A stretch of DNA of 63,532 nt, counting the filler, from Rhabdomonas costata (taxonomy: Eukaryota), in NCBI GenBank assembly GCA_019059605.1. It is 27 parts of 27 records of this genome, joined end to end, with 100 filler letters (N's around TTAATTAATTAA, not from the genome) between each part and the next. Parts side by side here need not be neighbours in the genome. Positions count along the whole stretch, not along the records: positions 35,374 to 37,620 come from JAHMHO010004480.1; positions 37,721 to 39,976 come from JAHMHO010004481.1; positions 40,077 to 42,334 come from JAHMHO010004482.1; positions 42,435 to 44,690 come from JAHMHO010004483.1; positions 44,791 to 47,046 come from JAHMHO010004484.1; positions 47,147 to 49,407 come from JAHMHO010004485.1; 21 more parts are not named here. One strand, 5' to 3'. How positions within the stretch are numbered: position 1 is the stretch's first letter; each line of letters starts with the position of its first letter. The position numbers and the translations under genes are program-made. This document shows, one piece after another, positions 36,289 to 49,407 of the stretch. Under the pieces are notes generated by a model. The model saw only the letters and a list, made by a program, of their open reading frames with translations. It searched no databases and was not told the DNA's origin.

Positions 36289-37944
36289 CTTTTTGATGCA
36301 GCGAGCAGCCCGTGGAAAATGAAATATAACGGAATTGGAACATCACACGGGTTAATTTATGGTCAGAATGTCAAATACGTGAGACATTGACAACGCGCGG
36401 CATTGGTGCGACAAAATATCACGGGGTGAGTAGTGAGCTTCAAGCGACACGCGCGGTGGTGTACTGCCGCAAACAGTCAAAATACCTGGCACATAAGTGG
36501 GCTGCGTTTTACACCACTCCAGCCAAAAGAAAGTGGAGTGGGGGAAGTGGCTCCCAAAAGAAGGAAAACGCGTGTACCCATTTGGATGAGTCTCCGCAGC
36601 AATCTCACAGACGGCTTCTCCCGCACAGCTTTCTCCTTTAAAGGGGAAACGTACACATACGAATACGCCCCTAAGGGCCACGTGAAAATACCAACACGCA
36701 AAAGACCGCTATGGAGGTCATCTTTTCACCGGCGAGCTTTCGAGTTTTCTCCCGTGGGCACATTTCGCGGTGTGGATCACCACCTTCCTCCTGGGAGAAC
36801 GTATCTGAGAGATCGCACATTCATGTGCCTACCAAGAGACTGGATTGCATTCACGCACCATGTAGAGTCAGACAATATCAGGGAGTGTGATTAGACCACA
36901 GAGGTATGCGTGAACACCTGCGAAAGCGAAGCGACAACGTAAACCTTTTCCGCGCGCGTGGGGGGAGCCTCGTCGGCGAGCACCTGAAAAAACGCAATGG
37001 AGAAAACGCAATGGTGTGAAAAGGGAGGGAGAGATAGAGCGGATGATTAGGCTCGCAATGTGAGACAGAGGGTGTACGGGAGAATAAGAACAACACAAAT
37101 TTGCGAAAGCTTGCGCCACCCAGCTACCCAGCGGTGGTTCTCGCACACAAGTTTCAGACCTTGCTATTGCCTTCTTCTTCTTCTTCAGTTTTTCGACATG
37201 TACAGCAGGCAACTTTGACGGAACCAAAGAGGCAGACATTGCTGGACAATCCACAAAAGTTTTCTCGTAGGTATCCCATGCAGCGAAACGAAGCGCAAGA
37301 TATCGTCAAACAAATGGCGGAAATCCGTACCTCATAACCCTCCTGCACCTAATTATCTAACTTGCCCCTCTCAAGAACTGTGAAGGTTTTTCTGTCCATC
37401 CACGTAACTGGCATCCAGTTGCAAATTCAAGAGCAGGGGAACACATGCGCACCGATAGGGCAAAGAAGTCGCCCAGAAAGGCGTCACCGGTGTCCTCTGA
37501 GGAGCTCGACATTTCAAATCAGGCAGGAGAAGGAACACAAAAAGCAACGAATAGCAGTGATAGTAACTGTAACGCTGAAGATCGAAATGCAGGGGATCCC
37601 TTGTCCTCCCCCACACAACCNNNNNNNNNNNNNNNNNNNNNNNNNNNNNNNNNNNNNNNNNNNNTTAATTAATTAANNNNNNNNNNNNNNNNNNNNNNNN
37701 NNNNNNNNNNNNNNNNNNNNGTGTGGTGGTCATGACTTTCCTGTGGAGGAAAGGAAACCAATAAAAGGCCAGTCTAAAACTTGGGGGATGCTGAATTCAA
37801 AAATTCAGCTTCTTGCACCCACCACAGGAAAGTCATGACCGCCCAAACGAACACTCAAACTGCCGCTTTTATGTACGTAGTCTTTAGAAAAAAGACTGGT
37901 GCACATTTTGACACCACCCAGTCTCAAGATAGGTTCACAGGGGC

Positions 37945-39283
37945 TCAGGGTGCGGTTGTGTCCAGATGTTGCCGCACCCTCGATAGCTTAGCAACAGCGT
38001 CCGTGTCGTTCGGAGAAAGTGCAAGCACAGCTTCGAAGTCAGACAGAGCTGCCACAAAATCTCTTAACTGAGAGTGGAGAACGGCACGGTTGAAGCGTGG
38101 AAAAGGATCAGCAGGAGCCAAATTGATGGCCTTGCCGTAGTCTTCAAGTGCGGCAGAGTAAAACGCAAGGTCTGGGAGACAAAAGCGACAATAATAAAAA
38201 TCGTTCACACCAGGGGATGGGGGCGGGAACGGTGGTACCTCCTTGAATGGTAAAGCTCGGTAATATCAGGGCTCATTCAGTTGTAAAATTCTTTGAATCA
38301 CCTGGTAATGGTGACCTCAAGGGTTCGCATTAATGAAGATTAGCAGGCACAGTTGCAGCTAAAGGAGCCCAGATGTTCTCAGGAGACCCAGGTGCCACTC
38401 GAATTCAACGTTGGATGACGGTTCGGGAAGTAAAACGGGGCCCACTCTCTACTCCCTTTTCTCCACCTCTGGTATTCGGTGACAAAGCCCCGTCAACAGG
38501 CAAGGGTCCTGAGGGGGGCTGCTTTTCAGAGTTGAACAGCAAGGGGGGGGGGAACTTACGCAGAGCATTGAAATCACGGAGCAATGATTAACAAGGCAAA
38601 AAAAACCAGAAGTGTCGCTTCCACAACTGATCAACTAACATACTATCAACTTCATAAAATAGGGGCTCGAGGGTTTGTTTCACACCTTTATACAACACCC
38701 CCCGGTTGTTGTAAGCATAGGAAAATTCCGCATTGATAGACACGGCTTCACTGTAGTCCGCCAGGGCTGCTTCCACATTGAGATCAAGATGCCGCAGCAC
38801 TCCAAGACTGTAGTGCGCAAGAGAGTCCTTAGGTTCCAGTTGAATAATCCGAATGTAGTCGTCAATGGCCGGCCCTGCCTGGCGCTGAACTTCCGCACGA
38901 ATCCACGCTCTCTTGTGCAGCAGCACCGTATCTTCCCCATGTTTGCCTTCGATTGCTGAAGTCAGAATATCTGCGGCGTTATTTGGACGTTTTCGCAACA
39001 ATTCTTCCCCCACGCGCACCAAAAGTTCACCGTCATTGAGGGTGATGAGTGGTAATGAAGCCCCTCGAAGACTCTTTCCTCGGCTAGAAGTGTCTGCGCT
39101 GTGATTCTCGAAGGGAGGGTAAATATCCAACAACCCGTGAAGGCGGTTGTCTGAAATAGTGTCGAAATCTTCTGGGGCCGCCCGCGGGGTGAGGCTCGCC
39201 AGAAAAGCTACCGAGACGCATCCAAGAAATAGGACCGGAATGGCGAAAAGTCGCAGCCTCGTCCTGAACAGAAGTCGAGGCAT
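37945..39283 (-). CDS. Complete 274-aa TPR-repeat protein with an N-terminal signal/anchor (2 exons)
   Basis: Exons 39283-38686 and 38171-37945 total 825 nt, ATG to stop. Hydrophobic LFAIPVLFLGCVSVAFLASL is followed by TPR units (AIDDYIRIIQLEP, ALADYSEAVSINAEFSYAYNNRG, ALEDYGKAINLAP, ALSDFEAVLALSP). Confidence 0.9.
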
Positions 39284-40185
39284 AACATCCCGTCAGAAAG
39301 CAAACCTCAAATGATACAAAACCAAGCAGTACAAGTTGGAATTGAAACCTGCAAAATCAAGGAGCTTTGCGTTCGGATTGATTCACCCTCGGTGACAAAA
39401 ACGTTCAGATATAATTTCGGACCGTTCGGCATTTCTCCCCCTTTCAGTACAAAAGTCCCTGCATTAACACATTTGCTTTGCTTTTTGCTTTCCCCCAAGT
39501 GTCAAGCCGTCCCTTCCGGCGCCGACTTGTTGTGGGAACAGGCACGGGAGAGCTGAACGTGACCGGGAGGGCGAAATCCCCTTCCGGGGTGATGAAACTC
39601 GGTCCTCACGGGGTCTTCTGCATGCCCAACGAGAATAGAACATTTGCTGTTCAGAAAGGGATTATCGTTTTTGCAGAAAAGAGCAAAAACGGAGCAAAGA
39701 AATAAAGGGGGGATTCCCGGTTGAAAGAGCGGCTTTTGATAACAATGGACCATTGCCTTCGGAGGGGCGGACTGTAGAATAGTGCAGGTGTGGGGCCGTA
39801 GGACCCCTTTTGGTGACCATGGGCCCGCTGGATCATAGTATACAAGGGTACCCCTATAGGTGTGGGGCTGCACGAGCTAGGCTAGGTAGGAGATATGGTA
39901 CTTAGAGAGGGGGAGATTTGGCTACCAACGAATGGGAGGGAGCGTTCGGCAGAGTGTGCGGGAGAAGGCGGTGGACNNNNNNNNNNNNNNNNNNNNNNNN
40001 NNNNNNNNNNNNNNNNNNNNTTAATTAATTAANNNNNNNNNNNNNNNNNNNNNNNNNNNNNNNNNNNNNNNNNNNNAGCCGGGGGGGGGGGCGGTCAGTG
40101 GTGGTTGGCTTGCGTTTCTGGAGTAACTGCTGGCCAGAGAGTTCTGCACGGTTCTCCCGTCTCCCTTCTCTTCTTTGGGTGTCAG

Positions 40186-41827
40186 GCGCAGGCCCTGTGG
40201 AGGCTTCGCGAGGAAATCCCGATGGCGATGGCCCGGCTGGGCCACAACTACAAGTACGATGTCAGCCTCCCGGTGTGTGTGAGTGTGTGTTCGTGTTGGT
40301 GTTGGAGCTCCCAAGAACCGAGGTTTAATGCGCCACTGAGCTTTCCCAAGAACCTTTCCGAAGAACCAAGCAGCTGAGCAGAGGGGTGATCCGCAGAAGC
40401 GGCCAGGCAGCGGGAGAGAGTTTGAAAGCCCGGCTGGAGGCAGAATATACCTCCACCAAAACCATGCCTTATGCACGGTGTGTGTGTTTGTATGTGTGTG
40501 TTCGCGTGTTTTTCTTGCGCCGATGCCTCTGGACCACAAAAGCGCCAGGACAGTACCCACGTACAAGTGGACGACTTGTGTTTCGGTGTCTCTTCACGTG
40601 TGGGTGTGGATGTGGGTGTCTGCCGGTGGTTTTGCTTTTCTTTGCGTTACCCATTTCCTCCCTATGGCACTGCCCTATGGTAGTCTATTTGCCCTGTCGC
40701 GTGTAAATTTCCGGTGGAACAGTGTGGCTGACCTTCATAAAACCTTTGTGAGGCTTCTGTCTCTGCGGCAAGTACATCCCCAGTCCTACACAAGCACTGC
40801 TTCCGAGTTTGCTCTTTTATTCTTCCTTTCGAACGCACACTGGCGCGCACACGCAGACACGATGAGGTCGACAAAGGCACACAGGAAGCATCTATTGGTG
40901 ATCTTTGGAAAGCAGGGCCATATACGCATTAGTTTTTTAGTATCAACCGCACCCCGCACGACATATCCTGCACGGCTTGCACAACTCACTCACATCTCCC
41001 TCTCACCTCAAAATGAAAAGGTGCCCCGGATGTATGAGCTTGTAGAGGCTGTCCGGAAGCGTCTGGCCCACCGCACCGATGCCGTGGCGATCGGCTACGG
41101 CCACGTCGGAGACGGTGTGCCGGCGCCAGGGCGATTTCTCAGAAGGACGCATGGTTTTGTATGGCCAAGGCCAAGACTAGGGGAACCTCCCTCCCTTTTT
41201 GGCGATGATGGGGTCTGAGCGGATATCCCCGTCAGGTTTATCAAATTGTGGCGGCGCTCTGATCTCCAAATTAAATTCCAAAGATGCTGGTTGTCAGCCC
41301 AGACACAAGGAGAAAGGCTTTTCTTTTCACATTGTGTGGGTCATGCAGACAGACAGCTTTCTCTTGCTTTTTTCTACAAGGTAACCTCCACCTCAATGTC
41401 GCCCGCCTGGGAGTCTTTTGCCCCGAGCTGAAGGCCTTGCTGGAGCCATTCGTATACGAGTTTACCAGTACGTGGCTGCCCTACCACTCTCATGTCCCTA
41501 GGAATGCCGTTTTGCTGTGAGTCCATACTTTCCCCGCGGCTTCCAAACAGAAGCCATGTCGAGCTGTATGAAAAATCTGTTGTGTTTAATCATAGAGCTT
41601 CTGGGGCGTTTTATCTTCACTTGCAGGGGTATCTGAAACTAACGTGGGTAGTAGAGGCAGTGTTGATTACGGCTGCGCTTTCTGTTCGAGTGATTTTGCT
41701 GGCTCTCTCTCAGCGTCACTGTGAATTTGTGGATGTGTGTGTGCAGGTCAGACTGGGGGTAGCATTAGCGCTGAGCACGGCATTGGGCAGCAGAAGCTCG
41801 GGTACCTCCACCTCAAGAAGAGCCCTG
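40186..41827 (+). CDS. D2HGDH: D-2-hydroxyglutarate dehydrogenase (FAD-linked oxidase C-terminal domain), 4 exons
   Basis: Exons 40186-40272, 41021-41114, 41381-41467 and 41747-41827: LWRLREEI..YKYDVSLPVPRMYELVE..GYGHVGDGNLHLNV..LEPFVYEFT..GSISAEHGIGQQK. Confidence 0.93.
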
Positions 41828-42876
41828 GTGTGTTGCTATTGGACGGATCGCTTTTGACAGGACGGATTGGCGTTTAGATGGAGAAACCATGAGGTACCTT
41901 TGAAATAAATTACAAAGGTACAAAGGAAGCAAAGGGCAACCCCACACCCCTTGAATGATCGTGTGATGGAACGGTGTGTAGGTGATGCCTGATGGGTTTT
42001 GGGGGAGGGGGGGTGTAACTATATATGTTGTTTGTTAAATGGTGAGATGCAAACCTTGCATGAAGTCTCTCCCCCACACATATACACATACACCAACAAC
42101 AACAACCCGTGGCCAACAGCGCGCGCCCCCGTCAGTCCACAGTGGTCACCAACAACCAAGCAACCAGGCAACCAGGCAACAGCCAGCGCGCAATGCGCCC
42201 AACACACCACCAACAACAACAACTGAAACGTTGATTTGGAGGATGATCACGTTACCTGACGTGGGATTTGCGGCTGGTCTGTATTTGTCGGCAGAGAAGG
42301 GCATTCATATCCCCAGCTCGTCCCTGTGTCGTCGNNNNNNNNNNNNNNNNNNNNNNNNNNNNNNNNNNNNNNNNNNNNTTAATTAATTAANNNNNNNNNN
42401 NNNNNNNNNNNNNNNNNNNNNNNNNNNNNNNNNNGGGTTTGGGGTCACCAAACATTGACACGAAGACTTCGGTGGGAAGCAACCAAAAAGGTAGACGCAT
42501 CTCCCATTGTATTTCACATAAAGCTTTAAAAAAACATAGGGGTCCACGACAAAGCAAAACTGGAATACACTGCACAGAAGGGAACAAAAAAAGGTGCGCT
42601 TCATCTTGCATTCGAGTTATGCAGCTTTGAAGTCGAAAGTCTATCCCCCAGAAAGGAATTTGTGCTCTTGCGACGACCTTTCACAGGATAGAGCTACAGC
42701 GAATAATCATATTACACAAAAATCCAACAACAGCAAGCGATCCCGAACATTGCCTCATTTAAACGCAAAAGAGAAGGCATCCACGGAGAGTTGACAGCAG
42801 AGGCAACCCATAGGCACTGGAGATAAAAACAAGAACAGAGTGAAGAAAGCACAGTCAGGAGGAGGGCGGGACGCAT

Positions 42877-44565
42877 CCTGAGGCCCCTCTTGAAGAGCAG
42901 CGGGAAGGGGTGCTCGGCGTAGGTCCGGTCCATGCCGTTGTTTGCTAAAGGGGTCATGCAGACCCCGATCTGGGCGATGTAGTACAGGTACTGCAGCGTG
43001 GGGAACTTCTCCAGCCTAATTGGGTGTGTGTGTGGGGCATCGGCCAATGGCCAAACAGCCACACACGTGCACGCACACGTCCCCCCCCCCCCCTGCACCA
43101 GTGCATCCCCTGTCGCAGAGAAATAGGGCGGCGAATTTCTGTTCGTGTCAAATGGTCATCTGCAATTCACAGATGTGCGCCATAAAAAAAGGCACACACT
43201 CACACACTCACGCATTCACCTCACGCGCTCACACCGGCGAAACCAAAGAAAGATTGGGTTGGATCGAACCTTCCCATCTGTTCCAATGAGTCACAGCGTC
43301 GGCAGGAAAAAGCGTCACTCCACATGGGTAAAACGCAACTGTGGGGACAACACTATTTTGAATGTCCATTAAAAGCTGTGCGACAGAAGCCAAATAGCCA
43401 GAAAGTTGCACTGTTTTTAAAAGTAGTTCTGTTTAGTATAGTAATTTTGCTTCGCATAAATTTATTTGTAACTGTTTTTCCCGCATAAAGACGCTAGCCC
43501 TGACTCATTAACGTGCGTAAAATGAGCCACCAGGACCAGCTCAATCCAACATTGATTGGAATAGAGTAGAAAGGAGAAAATGGCGTGACCTCACACAACG
43601 CCGATGCCCCCCCCCATGCTTGCCCTCAGCCAGCGCACCCATCACGACGTAAAAGCTATTCACCGTTCCCACGCGGGGTTTCGCCCCGGCCTCGGACCCC
43701 ACCCTGGGCCATGCCATTTGCTCGGCGTCTATACGTGCGAATGGGATAGGAAATGGACGAAGCGAGCCAGTTGAACGGCGCACGTGCCCCCTCCTCCGGC
43801 ACATAGGCATACGTGACGCCCTGCATGATAGAGTCAGCCAGGAGGAAGGCGGAGACCAGGTGGTCGATGTGCGCTCCCATCTCGCCGGCGGTGGGACGGT
43901 ACTGGAAGACGTTCATGCCCACGCTGTGGCGGTAGGCGTTGAGGGTGGACAGGTTGGCCCACACGTAGTAGTTGAAGTACAGGTCCGGAGGCTTCTCGCT
44001 CCAGGGCCACTGGTACGCAAAACCACGGGCACACCATCGCGCTTATGGTTACCCACAAGAGAGTAGGCCAACTTCCATTTTTCTCAAGCAGTTTCAAACC
44101 CGCACATTCAAGCACACCCTAGAAAAGGTTTAAATTGCAGGGCATCGTCATAACGTAAATATCCTCATCGATGACAACTCCGGGCACCATTTCAACGACA
44201 CAATGGAAACAGAAGAGGTCGTTAAACAGACCCGCACATCCATTTACATTAACACGAATTTTGTATATATGCATGCATCAAGAGTCAACCAAGATGAGCA
44301 CTGGCCAATCCTATGCGGCACAGCCTGAGCGGTTATCCACAACCGCTTCAGGTATGTTTTTTCAACCGCACGCCGCCATTCGAGCTATTCTGACACCGTC
44401 CGTCTTGGTCTTCCGGAAGAAGGGAGGGGTATAGTGGTGGGTGGAGGAAGGTACCTGCTTGGGGGGCTTCGCCTTGGGGTCCAGATCCTGGCCCCGGTCC
44501 GACTCGTTGCAGATGATGTTGATCGCCGTGGTGTACCGCAGCATCTTCGCCAGCTGGGGATATTT
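42877..44565 (-). CDS. AMPD: AMP deaminase homolog, C-terminal region (3 exons), active-site residues substituted
   Basis: Exons 44565-44455, 44009-43813 and 43015-~42877: PPDLYFNYYVWANLSTLNAYR..YRPTAGEMGAHIDHLVSAFLLADSIMQGVTLEKFPTLQYLYYIAQIGVCMTPLANN..HPFPLLFKRGL. Confidence 0.9.
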
Positions 44566-47146
44566 CTGCCACAACCGGGGGAGGAAGAATGCTCGGGTTG
44601 CGCCAGAGATGGCGAGAAATGGGGAAAAGTACGTCCCATTCCGTCCGCACCACAAGAAGAGACGTCAGTGATTTTAGTGCCAAACCAACANNNNNNNNNN
44701 NNNNNNNNNNNNNNNNNNNNNNNNNNNNNNNNNNTTAATTAATTAANNNNNNNNNNNNNNNNNNNNNNNNNNNNNNNNNNNNNNNNNNNNGGGGTTTGGT
44801 GTGTGTGTTCAACAAGTGTGTAGGGATTGAAACCTGAAGATGTACCCAAGGGTAGAACTCTCGAGTTTAAATGGTGCCTGCACTCGTGCATCGACCACGC
44901 AGACAATGGTTGTAATAATCGGTTTTGCCTTCTCTAGAAAGCAGCATCTTCGACATCCTCCTTTTTACGCACGAGCTTAGGCATACTTCTCGCGAATTTC
45001 TCTTTTTACTGTCTTTTATTAGGAAACCCTGCTGAGACCCGGTAGAATTCACCGCTGCGCGATTCTGCTGCGTGGTGCCCCCTCGTTCAAGTTCGGCAAC
45101 CTGTCGTCCGATTCTCGTTGCCGCTGCGGTTGCTCTTTAACTCAGCGGCATTGAACCTTCCCCAATGAGCACTTCAGATCATTCAAACAGAAGGTTCTTA
45201 TTTTTGAAATACAGTTGTTTTACAGTTTTCACCCAAATAGCAAGGCTTAGTATACTTTTAACCCTTTGGTTCTCCTTACGTATTCTTGGATCGCGCTTAT
45301 CCACCTTCTTCCTGCGACGATTTTGCTTCATTGGCCCGATTTATGTGGACGTCCTGGAATGGTTGGAAGCGATGCTTTTTCGTTTGCCCCGCGGTAGTGT
45401 ATTTCCTTTTCGTTTAGTTTTTCTTTTTCTTTTCGCACGCGAAAAGCTGTTCCTGAGAACCTGCGGTGCATTTGCATCCCCATATGCACACGGGCAGCAA
45501 GCTGAGAAACGTGGGAAACGTCAGGCTTTATGACAAAGATGGTCCTGCCTCAGCAAGATTTGCTGCCTTGGATGCTGCCTTGAATTTGGCGAAGACCCTC
45601 TGTTTGTCACTGTCAGCGAGCGAGTGTGTTGGTTGAGACGTGCCGTCACAGCATTACTTCTGTGTTTTGGCGCAGGTGTGTGCCGTGAGTCGTTGACACA
45701 GACGTTGCCTCGTGTTCCTTTGCGTTTGCACACAGCATACAAAACGCACTATAGATCTTCCTGCTGCATATCCTCTTCCTCCATGCTTTTCGGTCGTGTC
45801 ATGTGTCCTTTTTGGTTGTAGTTGCCTTCTGTTTCCCCAGTGCGCTCCCTTATGTGTTCATTGGGCGTTGAACGCGCGGTACAATCGGCGATGCGACGTG
45901 ATTTTTCGGGTCTCGGGAGGGAATCCTCAGTCAGAAACGCGTGTCTTTGTCAATTATATCCATTACATTGGGTCTGTCAAAGAAATGCTTTTCGCATTCC
46001 CTTGATATCCTACTTGTTTAGAGAAAGAACTTTTGTCCTCAAAGGTATTGCTTAATTGCGACTCAGATGTCGCCAATAAGGCACCGTTCACCCATCTCTG
46101 GATTAGTTTAAGGCTTCCACGCAAGCCTGCACAAACACGCGAACGTAGCCCCAGGGTCACTGGTAGCGATTGAATGAAAAGTGCTAAAAAAAAAAGAAAG
46201 TGAAAACAACTGGAACAAAGTCTTGAAACTTGGCTCCATTTCTCCGTAGCCTCCGTTGCTTTATAATGCATTTCGAAGATTCTGGAAGCGCCTGCTGAGT
46301 TTGCACCTCCCATGAAGCAAGCGCTGCCTCTGTTGGAGGAGTTTTCTCCCCCGTTTTTCTTGGACTAAATGGCGTTGTCTTGCCAGACTGTGGCGGACAT
46401 CCCGTCACTGAGAACCCCGCGGTGGTTGCCGTCGATGGACAAGCCGTGACTCACTCGGCAGCGCCGAGACGTTTTGGCGTGCTGATGTTGCAGAATGTAT
46501 ATGTAGCTTAGCTCTGCTGCAACCTAGGGCTTCCCGATGATTTCTCAGCGTAGACGCATTGCACGCTTTCGTGGCAAGCATGGACATGGAAAATGTATCT
46601 TGTCTCGCAGTGTGTGGTGTGATACCCAGAAAAACAGCCCCGCGTCCGCACTTACAAAAGTGAAGCGGGCTCAGTTTGGCTATCGGTTTTGGGAAGCATT
46701 TGCGACTCCTTCTCCTGGGTTGGGCCCTTTGTCCGTTAAATTATGACTCGCACTAGCATGGTGTACAGATTTACCCCCACCACCACCATTTTGTTCATTG
46801 CGTGACACAATATCCCCTCGTTTTCTCAAATCTATTATATAGTATAATGTGTATGTATGTGCTCACTGTTTGAATCGAAATTGCCTGCTTTTAACCAATT
46901 TTTTGATTCCTTCCAGCTTAGATTTTCACTGAAAAAATGCTCATCTGATGGGAATCGCCGAGATAACTTCAGTAGTAAATATTTCCCAAGGTCTTGTGTC
47001 TAGATGCAGTTGTTCCCAAAATTTGCTGAAGCAGGTTCCGTACACCNNNNNNNNNNNNNNNNNNNNNNNNNNNNNNNNNNNNNNNNNNNNTTAATTAATT
47101 AANNNNNNNNNNNNNNNNNNNNNNNNNNNNNNNNNNNNNNNNNNNN

Positions 47147-47175
<29 letters not shown>
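47147..47175. repeat. (CA)n microsatellite at contig start
   Basis: About 14 perfect units. Confidence 0.95.
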
Positions 47176-47178
<3 letters not shown>

Positions 47179-47843
47179 CTCACACAGCGGCAGCAGCAGT
47201 AACAGCACCGGCGGCGGCGGTGCTGCTCAGGGGTCTGTGGTTGTGCTCGGGCGCCGCTCGACGGCACTGCAGCCCTCAGAGCTTCCCGCGCGCCCCACGG
47301 TGCTGTTGTTTGAGCTGTTTGGTGACCTCCTGCTGGGAGAGAAGGTGCCTCCCCGCCCACCGGCCCTCTCATTCCTCACCTGCGTTTCCTCGCCTCTGCC
47401 GGACTCGTAACCCTGGTTTTCTGCGTGGTTGATTCTGCCAATGAGCCTGCGGGGCATCGAGCCTTAAGCCGATGGTCGGAGGCTGATAGTATGATTGGAT
47501 GGATGAGTGAAATGTCAGGAAATCTGATCCCAAGCACCGACCAGACAGCTTTTCGGTAGTCGTGCTGTATATTCGAAGGACCCCAGACCTGCTTCGGCTT
47601 CACCCTCGTCTTTTTTCATATCGAGTGTTGATCTGTTTCCCGACCGCGATCTGCCTGATCCCTGAACCGTAAGTCGCCTTAGGACGGGGCAACGGCTGGT
47701 CAGCCTCTCCCAGTGGGAGAATGGCGAGTTGCCCGTCCCTGACCTGGTCGTCGCTTTCCCCTCGATTCCGTGTATGGGGGGGGGGCATTTAGTCAGATCA
47801 GTAGTCTGCTTGTTTCGTGTTCTTGACCCTTTGACGGCTGTAG

Positions 47844-49407
47844 GCTCTGCGGTATGTCAGCGATGCGCGACGGCGGCTGTGCGGGCCGGAGGTTCGGGTG
47901 ATTCCCGCCCGAGGGAGGCAGCTGGTGACCCCAATCGAGTGCGAGGCCCTGCTCCAGCTGACCTCGGTGTGCCTCCAGCCGCAACCCAACTCAACCCAAC
48001 GTGCGCATGATGCCCACCCGCTTGCTGAGGGACTGAGTGGAGGGCTTTGCTGAGCGGGCTCGAGGGGGACTGTCCGCACTGCCATCATGCTTTTCTTTGC
48101 CTTGTCAGTTGCGCGTTGGAGGAGGCTTGTTGTTTTGTGTACGGGTTGAGGGCCTGCTCTTCTGTGCCTGCCGCACTCTTCTCTTTATTGCCTTCCCGGT
48201 TGCTGTTGTGAGCCCCGAAGCTTGGAGTTCTAGAGCCACCAGCCTTCTGTTACATGTGCAGGTTGGAGGTTGCCCTTGGCCTGGTCTTCTTACTTTCCAT
48301 CGGACTGCTTTTTCTCCTCTCCTTTTCAAAAGGCAAGCACATCTGTGCTGGGCTTTGACCCCACCCCGATGAACGCCTTCCGCAACACCGCGTTGCCCTT
48401 CTCCACTCGGGCGGTGGGCCTGGTGCTGCGGGATTTGGCGCCGCGGAGGCTGGCCGAGCCTGCCGTGCTGCTGGACGTGGACTTTCACACCGCGGAGGAG
48501 GAGGAGCTACCTCTGGAACACCAGCTCGAGTTCACGGTCGCACGTTTGGAGACAGTGGAAAGAGGGACTTCTAGGCTAGAGGGACTTATAGGCCCATGCT
48601 CCGTTGGGACGGATTCGGGGCGGGATTCAGGACATCAAGTTTCATTCGAAAGAACACACCTTTGCCAAATGCAGAAGAGTGTTCTGGCATCGGTGGGATA
48701 AGGGTTTCATTTTTGGTTTGGCTCGGGGTTGCGTGATCTTGGATATGGTTCGCCTGCTTTTGCAAGCGCAGTCTACGGGGATAGTTGCCTCAATACCTCA
48801 GATAGCGTCGCTGCTGCTCTTTTTGGGGTTTGTTGGTTGGGTTGAGTTCAGTTTTAGTTTTAGTTTTAGTGTCAGTTCGATGTCTTCTGGCTTTTGATGT
48901 ATTTTGCTTTCGTATGTGTTTCTTTCGAGGCTGTTCCGCCACCGAACACCTCCCCGTGCTACCTGCCGCAATGAATTGTCATGATCGGCCGTCCCTGTTT
49001 TTCGGTCTGCGTCCAGTACCGGCCAGTTGCCCGTCCTACAGTAATGCTTCACTCCAAAGCGTGGTGAGTGTATCTCTGGCTCGCTGAGTGCTGTATGTAC
49101 TCGGCGTGTTCGTGTCCGTAGGCCCACACCACTGGAGTGGTCCACGCGCTGATGCTAACCTGGGTGGCCTACGAGGATCGCGACGCCACGATGCCCATGT
49201 TTAGCTCGGAGCCGGACGGCCTCCTGCCCGGTAATCAGCACCCCAGCCCCTCCCCGAGCTCACCCCCTGTCCTCCTGGCGGCACAGGCGCGGGACATGCA
49301 CTGGGGGCAAGTCCTGCAGTTACTGGGGCCTTTCGAGGAAGGTTTCGGGGGACCCCCCGTGAGCCACGGCGCCGCCCCGCCCTCCCTGCAGGCCACTCAG
49401 CTGGGGC
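47844..49407 (+). CDS. Protein arginine methyltransferase, PRMT7/PRMT9-like, 3 exons
   Basis: Exons 47844-47966, 48333-48536 and 49122-contig end (phase 0): ALRYVSDARRRLCGPEVRVIPARGRQLVTPIEC..LAEPAVLLDVDF..GVVHALMLTW..ARDMHWGQ. These correspond to the PRMT elements (HA..L....VP..A), LSEP...FDF, G..HA...W and the THW loop. Confidence 0.75.

Noticed and set aside
49233..49282. Perfect match to the euglenid non-conventional intron consensus (T|AATCAG...CTGGCGGC|A) in the PRMT exon
   Set aside because: It is 50 nt long. Removing it would shift the frame between VVHALMLTW and RDMHWGQ, which are already in frame unspliced.
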